From: Candidatus Eiseniibacteriota bacterium
GTDB lineage: Bacteria > Eisenbacteria > RBG-16-71-46
Direction: 5' to 3'
Assembly: GCA_963744995.1 (NCBI GenBank)
Contig: CAVUWA010000004.1
Coordinates: forward strand, 605-64,604
DNA: 64,000 nt
A program made the translations under genes and the position numbers. The notes beneath the pieces were generated by a model, which was not told the origin of the DNA, did not search any database, and was given only the letters and a program-made list of their open reading frames with translations. This document shows, in pieces, positions 10,227 through 19,101 of the stretch (position 1 is the first letter of the stretch; the number at the start of each line of letters is the position of its first letter).

Positions 10227-11252
10227 ATGAGCCGCGACACACTCTCGAACCTCCTGCGAAACATCCGGCTGCGTGGCGCGATGTTCTACCACGTGGAAGG
10301 CGTGGCGCCGTGGGTCGCCGAGGCGCCTCCGGCCAGGGACATCATTCCCGCGATCCTCCCGGGCGTGGAGCATCTGATGGAGTTCCACGGCGTCGCGCGC
10401 GGTTCCTGCTGGGCGGGTATCGTCGGTGAGGATCGCATCCGGCTCGACGTCGGCGACCTGGTGATATTTCCGCAGGGCGACGCCCATGCGATCGCCAGCG
10501 GCCCGGAGGTGAACGCGGAGCGCGTGGACCTGGGGATGTACTTCGGACCGCGACCGAAACAGCTGCCCTACTCACTGCACATGACCGCGGGCGCCGGGGC
10601 GAAAACACAGGGCGGATGTGATTCGGTCGGGGCCACGATCGTCTGCGGCTTCATCGGATGCGACATTCGCCCTTTCAATCCGCTGCTCGCCGCGTTGCCG
10701 CGAATCCTGCGGGTGCCGGGCCGGGCGGACGGGGGGAACTCGTGGCTGCCCGGCGTACTGCAGGCCGTCGTCCAGGAATCGAACGACAAGCGCCCCGGCG
10801 GTGAGGCGGTGCTCGAGCGCATGACCGAGATGCTGTTCGTCGAGGCGCTGCGCCGCTACGTCGACATGCTGCCCGCGGGTGAGACCGGCTGGCTCGCAGG
10901 TCTCGGCGACGCGGCGGTAGGACGGGCGCTGGCACTTCTGCACGAGCGCCCTGCGGAAGCATGGACGCTCGAGCGGCTCGCGGAAGCCGCCGCAGTCTCG
11001 CGCTCGACGCTCCACGAGCGCTTCGCCCACCTCATCGGCCAGCCGCCCATGCAGTACCTCGCGCAGTGGCGCATGCAGCTCGCCGCGGGCTGGCTGCGCG
11101 ACACCGACGCGAAGATCCTGGAGGTGGCCCTCGAGGTGGGTTACGAGAACGAGGCCGCGTTCTCGCGGGCGTTCCGGCGCGCGACCGGAGAATCGCCCGG
11201 CGCATGGCGCCGTGCCCGCAGAGCGCCTCCCGGCCGGCGCAGGAGCGGCTGA
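10227..11252 (+). CDS. AraC-family transcriptional regulator with N-terminal cupin-type sensor domain
   Basis: Cupin-like N-terminus (LVIFPQGDAHAI). C-terminal HTH_AraC (TLERLAEAAAVSRSTLHERFAHLIGQPPMQYLAQWRMQLAAGWLRDTDAKILEVALEVGYENEAAFSRAFRRATGESPGAWRR). Confidence 0.8.
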   Translation: MSRDTLSNLLRNIRLRGAMFYHVEGVAPWVAEAPPARDIIPAILPGVEHLMEFHGVARGSCWAGIVGEDRIRLDVGDLVIFPQGDAHAIASGPEVNAERVDLGMYFGPRPKQLPYSLHMTAGAGAKTQGGCDSVGATIVCGFIGCDIRPFNPLLAALPRILRVPGRADGGNSWLPGVLQAVVQESNDKRPGGEAVLERMTEMLFVEALRRYVDMLPAGETGWLAGLGDAAVGRALALLHERPAEAWTLERLAEAAAVSRSTLHERFAHLIGQPPMQYLAQWRMQLAAGWLRDTDAKILEVALEVGYENEAAFSRAFRRATGESPGAWRRARRAPPGRRRSG

Positions 11253-11283
11253 GCTCCTGCGCCACCGGTCCGGCTCCGGCCGG

Positions 11284-11766
11284 TCACCGCCTGAGCGCCG
11301 CGCGGATCTTCGCCAGGTGATGAAAGCTGTGGCGCACCGCGTGGTCCTCCAGCATGAACTGCGTGGTGAGCGGCGCCCCACCGTAGAGCGAATTCGGCGC
11401 CACCTTGTCCAGCTCCTGGTCCGTCATGGCGCGAATCGCCTTCGCTGCGGCGGTGGCGTTGGTCCGCAGCAACGCGACCGTCTCCTCCGGCGTGGCACCG
11501 TCGTTTTCGCGCGCATGGCCCGCGTTCAGCTCGTGAACCGCATCCCAGGTGACGTCGGTCAGCGCGCCGCCCGCCGCGAGCTTCTGCGCCAGCTCGATCT
11601 CGAGCGGGTAGATGCTGGCGACGTGGTGCACGACGACGCCGATCTTGCGGCCGTCCCTCGGCAACCGGGTGCTCCAATCGGCCGGCGTCAGGGAGGTGGC
11701 GAACGACGCCAGGGCATCGGCCCCGGCCTCGAGGGTGGCGGCGAGGACTTCTGCTCGTTTCTTCAT
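11284..11766 (-). CDS. DinB/YfiT-like (MDMPI_N) putative metal-dependent hydrolase
   Basis: MKKRAEVLAATLEAGADALASFATSLTPADWSTRLPRDGRKIGVVVHHVASIYPLEIELAQ.. RBS GGAG is 9 nt upstream. The 242-aa ORF in the track extends further upstream. Confidence 0.55.
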   Translation of the reverse strand: MKKRAEVLAATLEAGADALASFATSLTPADWSTRLPRDGRKIGVVVHHVASIYPLEIELAQKLAAGGALTDVTWDAVHELNAGHARENDGATPEETVALLRTNATAAAKAIRAMTDQELDKVAPNSLYGGAPLTTQFMLEDHAVRHSFHHLAKIRAALRR

Positions 11767-12054
11767 GGTTCCGACTCCTGCATGTTGAGGCGCGACGCAC
11801 CATGCGTGGCGCTGGAAACACGCTAGCCGGTGGTTTCGCGGGGGACCCTGCCGGAAGTCCGCAGAATTGTGCAGAGACTCCGGGATTGCCGTCGGCCGCC
11901 CCCCGGATATCGCGCTCGATCTCGAGAGCGGCGCTGGCGATGCGCGGAAAACGAGTTGGGGGAGGCTCAAAGCGCGGTATCGTTGAGCTCGAGGCCGAGT
12001 TCGTGGCATCACGATCCCCCGGCACTGGAGCCCGCCGTACCGGGACCCGAATCA

Positions 12055-14928
12055 ATGCGCCTTCAACGAATCGAATCGAGCGCCGGAGCCGGGCGCAACG
12101 TCGGTGTTGCACACGCGATCGTCATGCTGGTCGCGATGGCCGCTCTCGTGTCGATGAGTGCGCCGGCATGGGCCACCCGCGCCTCGCGCGGGCTCCGGGA
12201 TCGACTGGAGGAGGTGCGGGCGAAGGCCGATGCAGCGTTCCAGAGCGGGCATGCGGATTCCGCCCACGGCTGGATCGCCGGACTTCTGCCGCGTGCCCGA
12301 AACGATCGCGACTCGCTCGTCCTCTTTCAGCTCCTTCGCATGGACGGCGAGATCCAGGTTCGCAGCGGTTCGCCGAAGACCGCCGTGCCGCTGCTGCGCG
12401 AGGCGGTCGCAGTCGGCTCGCGGCGGGCCGACTCCACCGAGTACACGCGCGCCGTCCTGTGGCTCGCCGTGAGCCTGGAGCGGCAGGGCCGGGGCGGGGA
12501 GGCCGCACGATGGTACCGGCTCGGTCTGGTTCGGGCGCGCAGGTTCGGGGATAGGGAGCAGGTGGCCTGGGCGCTCACCGGGCTCGCCTACCATGATTAC
12601 CAGAGCGGCCAGAATGAACGAGCCCGCAGGGAATATGAAACCGCCAGTTCGACCTTCGAGTCCCTCGGCAACCTGCGAGGCCAGGTCCGGGCGCTCACGG
12701 GCCTCGGCAACGTGCTGTCGAGAACCGGGGAGCCGGATGCCGCGAAGCGCTGCTACGCGCGGATCCTCGGGATCGCGCGCGATCAGGGTTTCGCCTGGGC
12801 GGAAGGGCAGGCGCTGAACAACCTGGGCGTGATCGCGTACTCGCAGGGTGATCCGGCGACGGCGGCGCGCTACTTCCGCGAGGCGTATGAGCAGCAGGAT
12901 CGTCTCGGGGACGAACGGGAGAAGGTAACCCCCGCGACGAATCTGGTGCTGGCCTACCTCGACCTCGGACGCCTCGATGACGCCGAGAAGCTCGTCGACG
13001 AAGCACGAGACATTTGTGAACGAGGCGGCTACATGGATCTCTACGCGAGCACGCTCGTCGAGATCGGGGAGCTGTATGGCGTGCAGGGACGATCGAGAAG
13101 GTCGGCTGCTCTATTCCGGCAGGCGATGAGCCTGGCGGCGGGCCGCTCGGTGCGGGCGCGCGCGGAAGCGGGGAGTGGTCTGAGCCTCGCCCTCGACAAG
13201 CAGGACAGTGCGCGGACGGCCCTTCGCGTCGTCGAGTCGCTGCAGGCGGAGCTGGGCCCGCGGATTCCAGTATCGAGCGAATTACTGCTCGAACGGTCCC
13301 ACGCGCAATGCCTGCTCGACCTCGACCGGCCCGTCGAAGCCGCCGGCGTGCTGCGTCGTGCGTGCCGGCGGGCCGCCGAGATCGGTGAGACGTCTCAGCA
13401 GCTCGAGCTGCTGACGCTGCTCGCCCGCGCGCTGCGGGCGTCGGGGCGGAGTGACAGCGCCATGGTGGTCCTCCGAAGAGCGGTCAATGTCTGGGAATCC
13501 GAACGGGCGCTTCCCGATGATCGCATCTGGCGAGAGCGGCGAGGGGCGGCCGGTCACCAGATCTATACCCAGTGGGCGGCGCTCCGCGTGGGTCCGCAGG
13601 ACCGTGAGGGCCCGCGCGTCGAGCAGGCGTTCGGGGAACTGCAGAGGTTCAAGGCGCGCAGCCTCATCGAGGTTCTGGCCGGGCCCGGCAGGCCACCGAC
13701 ACGGCTGGACTGGGTCGGCGAGGGCGCATTCGATCTCGCGGAATTCCGGCAGGACGTCATGACAGATGGGGACCTGCTCCTGGACGCTTATGTGGGACCC
13801 GACGAGTCCTTCCTGTTCGCGCTCACGCGACGCGCCTGTCGGGTCATCCGCCTGCCGGGAGCGGCCCGTCTCGCCCGCGAGGTCGGCCTGGTTCGGGACC
13901 TGCTGTCCGCTCCGCCGGCCTCCCATGAATCCGCCGGCGCCGGGCGCGCGAGAGAGAGGGCGCTTGAGGCGATCGAGCAAACGTTGCTGGGCGGAGTCGA
14001 GGACCTGCTCGCCGGAGCCCGACGCGTCGTGCTCGCTCCGGACGACGTGCTCGATCTCCTTCCATTGGCGGCGTTGCCCGTGATCTCGGATGCTGAGTCG
14101 GGCACGGCTCCCCTCGCCGCCGGTCGCGAGGTGGTCTACGTGCCCTCGGCAACCGTGTGGCAGCAGGTCCAGGCACGCAGCAGGCAGGAGCCGCCCCACG
14201 ACTCCGCTCACATGCTGGCGGTCGCCGGCGGTGGCGAGTCAGGTCGCGACGCGCTGCCCGGCGCCCGCAGGGAGGTCGATGCCCTGTTCCACCGATACGC
14301 GGGAGTCGAACGGCTCGAGGGCGACAACGGGAGGCGTGCCCGCCTGAGCGCGGAAGCACTCGGTTCGTACGATCTCATCCACATGGCCGTGCACGCGACC
14401 GTGGACGACCAGAGTCCGTGGCGATCCTCGCTGATGCTCGCACTCGAGGATTCGACGAACGGTACGGGGCCGCTGAGCGCGCGAACGATCGCCGGGCTCG
14501 ATCTCCACGCAAGACTGGTCGTGCTGTCCGCCTGCAAATCGGCAGCCGGCCGTATCCTGAACGGCGAGGGCGTCATCGGGCTGACGACGGCCTTCCTCAG
14601 TGCGGGGGTCCCGACGGTGCTTGCGACGCTCTGGCCCGTGGATGACCGGGTGACGGCCGATTTCATGAGAGACTTCTACTCCGAACTGGCGAAGGGCCAC
14701 CCGGCAGCCGACGCCCTGAGGCGCGCGCAGATGGCCGTGCGGGCGCGACCGGAGACGGCGCATCCTTTCTACTGGGCGGGTTTCGTCCTCGTGGGCGACG
14801 GGTCGGCCCGGGTGGCCCTGAACCGCCGGGCGCCGGGAACGGTGGCGGTCGCGGGAGGGCTCACTCTGCTCATCGCCATCGCAGGACTCGCCCTGGCGGC
14901 GCGCAAGCGGAGGCGAACAGAGCTGTGA
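12055..14928 (+). CDS. TPR-repeat CHAT-domain (caspase-like peptidase) protein with N-terminal signal/TM segment and C-terminal TM anchor
   Basis: N-terminal hydrophobic segment VAHAIVMLVAMAALVSMSAPAWA. Multiple TPRs (ALTGLGNVLSRTGEPDAAKRCYARILGIARDQG..). CHAT catalytic dyad context DLIHMAVHATVDD (His) and LVVLSACKSAAGRI (Cys). C-terminal GGLTLLIAIAGLALAARKRRRTEL. Confidence 0.8.
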   Translation: MRLQRIESSAGAGRNVGVAHAIVMLVAMAALVSMSAPAWATRASRGLRDRLEEVRAKADAAFQSGHADSAHGWIAGLLPRARNDRDSLVLFQLLRMDGEIQVRSGSPKTAVPLLREAVAVGSRRADSTEYTRAVLWLAVSLERQGRGGEAARWYRLGLVRARRFGDREQVAWALTGLAYHDYQSGQNERARREYETASSTFESLGNLRGQVRALTGLGNVLSRTGEPDAAKRCYARILGIARDQGFAWAEGQALNNLGVIAYSQGDPATAARYFREAYEQQDRLGDEREKVTPATNLVLAYLDLGRLDDAEKLVDEARDICERGGYMDLYASTLVEIGELYGVQGRSRRSAALFRQAMSLAAGRSVRARAEAGSGLSLALDKQDSARTALRVVESLQAELGPRIPVSSELLLERSHAQCLLDLDRPVEAAGVLRRACRRAAEIGETSQQLELLTLLARALRASGRSDSAMVVLRRAVNVWESERALPDDRIWRERRGAAGHQIYTQWAALRVGPQDREGPRVEQAFGELQRFKARSLIEVLAGPGRPPTRLDWVGEGAFDLAEFRQDVMTDGDLLLDAYVGPDESFLFALTRRACRVIRLPGAARLAREVGLVRDLLSAPPASHESAGAGRARERALEAIEQTLLGGVEDLLAGARRVVLAPDDVLDLLPLAALPVISDAESGTAPLAAGREVVYVPSATVWQQVQARSRQEPPHDSAHMLAVAGGGESGRDALPGARREVDALFHRYAGVERLEGDNGRRARLSAEALGSYDLIHMAVHATVDDQSPWRSSLMLALEDSTNGTGPLSARTIAGLDLHARLVVLSACKSAAGRILNGEGVIGLTTAFLSAGVPTVLATLWPVDDRVTADFMRDFYSELAKGHPAADALRRAQMAVRARPETAHPFYWAGFVLVGDGSARVALNRRAPGTVAVAGGLTLLIAIAGLALAARKRRRTEL

Positions 14929-14956
14929 TTTCCGGATTCCCCATGCGACTCACCAA

Positions 14957-15559
14957 GTGACGGAACGGGAGCGCGAAGTTGCGAGCGAGGAACGGCTCCT
15001 CGCTCGCGTCCGTGCGGCCCGCCACGAATCGGAGCGCCGTGCGGCCGCCGGGCAACTGTTCGAGCGATACACCGGCCGGGTGTTTCGATGGTGCTACCGC
15101 CATGTCGGGGACCACGACCGGGCGCTCGATCTGTCACAGGAGGTGTTCCTGGCTGCCTACGACTCGCTTGGCAGCTTCGAGGGACGGTCCCGTTTCTCTT
15201 CCTGGCTCTTTGCGATCACGCGGTACCGGTGCGTGAGCGCGATGCGCCGGGCGAAGCCGCGGGCGGCCGACAGGGATCCCGACGAACTGCCCGACGCAGC
15301 TCAGGATCCGATCGTGCTGCTCGAAGCGCGCGAAGGAGAGGAAGCGGTGCTGCAGTTGCTGCGTGACCATCTCGACGCCTGCGAGCAGGAGGCGATCTGG
15401 CTGCGATGCTTCGAACGGATGCCGGTCGAGGACATCACCCGGGTCCTCGACATCCAGGAGAGCTCCGGGGCGCGGGCGGTCCTGCAACGGGCGCGTCGCA
15501 AGCTGCGGCAGGCGCTGGCGTCGAGGGCACGTCGGGAAGCAGGGAGCCGGGGGGGATGA
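14957..15559 (+). CDS. ECF-type RNA polymerase sigma-70 factor (GTG start)
   Basis: Region 2: DLSQEVFLAAYDSLGSFEGRSRFSSWLFAITRYRCVSAMRR. Region 4: EAIWLRCFERMPVEDITRVLDIQESSGARAVLQRARRKLRQAL. It starts 29 bp downstream of the CHAT gene. Confidence 0.85.
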   Translation: MTEREREVASEERLLARVRAARHESERRAAAGQLFERYTGRVFRWCYRHVGDHDRALDLSQEVFLAAYDSLGSFEGRSRFSSWLFAITRYRCVSAMRRAKPRAADRDPDELPDAAQDPIVLLEAREGEEAVLQLLRDHLDACEQEAIWLRCFERMPVEDITRVLDIQESSGARAVLQRARRKLRQALASRARREAGSRGG

Positions 15560-15592
15560 GCGTTCTTCACGTCTCGTGCGGGAGGTGGATCA

Positions 15593-16318
15593 TTGTCTGA
15601 GGAGCGGTCGGGCCACGCGTGTCCGGAACCCGAGGTGCTGCTGGCACAGGTCGAGCGCGAAGACGCAGCGACGCTCGAACACCTGGCGGCGTGCCCGCGT
15701 TGTCGCGCGCTGGTGGCCGCCTGCCGCGACTTCACGCGCCCCGATCCCGCGACATCCGCTCCGAGACAGGCGGAAGCCGAGGATGCGCTGGCGCGCTTTC
15801 TGGCGGGAGAGTTCCGGGCAGACGCCGCGCGTGTCCCGGAACCGCGCGGCTTTCGAGCGGTGCTCGCCGAAGCCCTTTCGGCGCTGACGCGCTACCGTTT
15901 CGCCTGGGCCGCGACGGCGGCGGCCGTGCTGGTCGTTTCGGTGCTGGTGTGGCAGGGGGCGCGCGACCGGCAGCCGGACCGGATTCGCCTGCGCCGCGGC
16001 GCGGCCGGCACTTCGACGGCTGATGAGCGGGTGACCACCGAGCCACCGCGCCTGCTCGAGGACGGCTCGCTCGAACTGCGCTGGCAACCTTTCGAGGGCG
16101 CCAACGCCTATCGGATCGTCCTGCTGGCGCCGAGCACGCTGGAAGAAGCGATTCCGCCGAAGCGTGTCAGCGCCACACGCACCGTGCTCGACCCCGCGGA
16201 GCTGAAGTCGGCGGCAGGAGCCGGTGGCGCTCTGATGTGGCAGGTGGTGGCGCTGGCCGACGGCGATTCGCTGGCCACCTCTCGCGCCGCGATCCTCGAG
16301 ATCCCGACGGGTCGCTGA
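15593..16318 (+). CDS. Zinc-finger (ZAS-type) anti-sigma factor, single-pass membrane protein (TTG start)
   Basis: HLAACPRCRAL contains an H-x3-C-x2-C zinc-finger anti-sigma motif. TM helix WAATAAAVLVVSVLVW. It sits immediately downstream of the ECF sigma. RBS GGAGGTG is 5 nt upstream of the TTG. Confidence 0.65.
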   Translation: MSEERSGHACPEPEVLLAQVEREDAATLEHLAACPRCRALVAACRDFTRPDPATSAPRQAEAEDALARFLAGEFRADAARVPEPRGFRAVLAEALSALTRYRFAWAATAAAVLVVSVLVWQGARDRQPDRIRLRRGAAGTSTADERVTTEPPRLLEDGSLELRWQPFEGANAYRIVLLAPSTLEEAIPPKRVSATRTVLDPAELKSAAGAGGALMWQVVALADGDSLATSRAAILEIPTGR

Positions 16319-16351
16319 GGCGCAGGGGCGGGCGGCATTCCATCGCTCTGA

Positions 16352-16368
16352 GGAATCCTTGTGATTTC
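16352..16368. promoter_or_regulatory. Imperfect 7-3-7 palindrome (GGAATCC-TTG-TGATTTC) in the leader of paralog 1, ~150 bp upstream of the ATG
   Basis: It is the counterpart of the perfect palindrome upstream of paralog 2. The conserved leader also ends in the shared motif attccggRaggtgccgcATG. Confidence 0.35.
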
Positions 16369-16513
16369 TCCGGTGCCCCGGCGACCCAGTTTCCAGAGGG
16401 GCCGTCCACGCCCGAACTCGGCAAGTCTCGAACCGTCCTGCGCCCGGAGGACCGGCCGGATTCACACATCCGCTTCCCGCCCGGGCTCGCACTCCAATTC
16501 CGGGAGGTGCCGC

Positions 16514-18953
16514 ATGCCGCGAGCATCCGTTCATCGCGTCTTCGCGCTCGTTCTCGCGCTGGTCACGCTGTCGTGGCCGGCCGTCGGGCATGCCACGTGG
16601 TCCACCGACCCCCTGGTGAACAACATCGTCGCGCAAGACGAGAACGCCGTGTTTTCTGGAATCGGGCACGCCGCCTGTACCGATGGTGCGGGCGGGTTCT
16701 TCGTCACGTGGGTCACCATGAATCTGGCCTCGGTCACGGTCGCCCAGCACGTTCTCGCCGACGGTACGGTCGCACCTGGATGGCCTGCGGATGGACTGCC
16801 GTTGACCACGGCGTCGAACGGGCAGGGTGAGGTCACGATTGCCCCGGACGGCGCCGGCGGTGCCCTGGTCGCGTGGATCGACAATCGAAGCGGGAACTAC
16901 GACATCTTCGCACAGCGGGTCGACGCGAGCGGCGCGCTTCTCTGGGGCAATGGTGTGCAGGTATCACTCACCGTCAACGGAGATTTCCGTCCGGTGATCG
17001 CCAATGACGGGGCGCAGGGGATGTTCGTCGCGTGGATCTACGCTTACTCACCAAGCGATCACGACATCTACGCCATGCATGTGTTTTCCAATGGAGTGGT
17101 GGATGGTGCGTGGGCGAGCGGCGGCCAGGGCGCCGCCACGACGGGCTTCGAAGAGTTGAACCCGGCGATCCTGTCCGACGATGGGGGAGGCTTCTGGCTC
17201 GCCTGGGACGGCTTCAATGGCTCCGACACCGACGTCTTCATGTCGCACTTCAGCAGCACTGGGCTCCTGGTCCCGGGCTGGTCGCCTGGCGGCACCGACA
17301 TTACGGCGCTCGCTGGCGACCAGGGCGATCCGCAGCTTGCGACCGATGGAGCGGGGGGCGCTTTTGTAGTCTGGGATGACAGACGAAACGGCAATTGGGA
17401 CGTCTACATGAACTATGTCCCGCCGGGGGCGACGTATCCACTCCTGGACCTCCTCAGTGGATCTCTGGTGAGGGACACGCAGAGCCAGTTGATACAGTCG
17501 ATCTGCCCGGACGGCAGCGGCGGGATCTACGCGGTGTGGGATGACTATCGGTACGCGGTTCCGTCTTCGTTCATGATCCGCATGCGGCAGGACGGGAGTC
17601 GCTATCCCGGGTGGCCGTTGGATGGGCTGGCCGTGGTGACGATTCTCGCTGGCAATCCGATGGTCGCCCCGGACGACCAGGGTGGCGTGTATCTGACGTT
17701 CGAGAACTACTCCACCGACATGGCGGACGTCGGGGCGATGCACTACCTGGGCGACGGGACTCTCGCCCCGGGGTGGACGTACGGGGTCAATGTCTGCACT
17801 GCCCCCGCCGCCCAGAGGTATCCCTGGATCGTCGCAGATGGCGCAGGCGGAGCCCTGATCACCTGGTGGGACAACAGGACGCTCACCGCGTTCCATCACT
17901 ACGCGCAAAAGGTGGACCGCTTCGGCGCGCTGGGCGACGCGTCGCCCGCCATCACTTCGGTACAGGACGTCGAGGGCGATCAGGGCGGTGCGGTGCGGCT
18001 CGAGTGGAACGCCAGCTACCTCGACGCGCAGCCGACCGCGGGGATCGAGAGCTACTGGATCTGGCGGCAGGTGCCCGTGGCCGCGCTGCAGGCCGCCGGC
18101 TCGAGAGCGGCGTGGCTCGCTTCGGGTGACGACGCGACGGCGCTCGCACGTGCCGGCAGACGGGTATTCGCACGCTCGCGCGGTGTTCGCAGCGCGGCGA
18201 GCGGCTACGCCTGGGAGTATCTCGCGAGCCAGCCTGCGCACTCGGGCGCCTCGTACAGCTACGTCGCGGCGACGGCCGCCGACTCCAGCGCGGTGTCGTT
18301 TGCCTACACGCTGTTCATGGTCGAAGCGCACGGTCCGCGAGCGCCGGACGTTCTGGCCGTCGGCGCCCGACAGCGGCTACTCGGTGGACAACCTGGCGCC
18401 GGCGATGCCGGCGCCGTTCGCGGGCAGCTACGCCGACGGCGTGACGACGATGACGTGGGGCGAGAACGGCGAGCCGGACTTCGCCCACTACCGGCTGTAT
18501 CGCGGCACCACCGTGGACTTCACGCCGGACCCCGGCCATCTGGTCGCCGCTCCGACGGCCGCCGGGTTCAGCGATCCGGCCGGCGCACCGTACGTGTACA
18601 AGCTCTCGGCGGTGGACGTGCACGGCAACGAGTCGCCGGTGGCGACGCTGGTGCCGTCCGGGACGACCGACATCGCCGGCTCGCTGCCCGCGACGCTGGC
18701 GTTCACGATCGCGGGGGACAACCCGTCGCGTTCGGGGGCCGAACTGCGCTTCGCGCTGCCGCGCCCGGGGCCGGTACGCATCACGATCTTCGACGCGCTC
18801 GGTCGCCGGGTGCGCACGCTCGCAGACGCGACGTATCCGGCGGGACGATTCACGGTGCACTGGGATGGCGCGGCGAGCGGAGACGGGATCTACTTCGCGC
18901 GGCTCGAGGCGCTCGGCCGGACGCTCCATCGCAAGCTCGTGATCCGGCGCTGA
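16514..18953 (+). CDS. Secreted beta-propeller-like repeat protein with FN3-like domain and Por/T9SS-type CTD (paralog 1; +1 frame change near 18330)
   Basis: Signal peptide MPRASVHRVFALVLALVTLSWPAVGHA. About eight repeats of (D/P)DGAGG.FV.W.D.R.GN.DI.AQRV...G. The C-terminal part reads in the frame of ORF 17988-18953 and ends ...GIYFARLEALGRTLHRKLVIRR. RBS GGGAGGTG precedes the start. Confidence 0.7.
17921..18548 (+). repeat. Near-identical ~630-bp tract shared with 20512-21138 (copy in paralog 1)
   Basis: It starts at ttcggcgcgctgggcgacgcgtcgcccgccatcacttcggtacaggacgtcgagggcgatcaggg... The only differences from the other copy are one compound indel near 18327-18345 and 2-3 substitutions. 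Identity falls to about 85-90 % after 18548. Confidence 0.8.
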
Positions 18954-18984
18954 GCGGGCGGAACCGTCAATTCCGTTCGCGTGC

Positions 18985-19001
18985 GAAATCATCGTGATTT
19001 C
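18985..19001. promoter_or_regulatory. Perfect 7-3-7 palindrome GAAATCA-TCG-TGATTTC upstream of paralog 2, preceded by GGAACC (18971-18976), a possible ECF -35 element
   Basis: The reverse complement of GAAATCA is TGATTTC. Its position and flanking leader sequence are conserved between the two paralogs. Confidence 0.4.
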
Positions 19002-19101
19002 CCCGCCGCCCCTGCGACTCAGTCTTCTAGAGGGCGCCGTCCGGCGCTCGCGCACAGGCTGGTCTGCCGCCGTTCCGCACTCCCATTCCGGAAGGTGCCG
19101 C

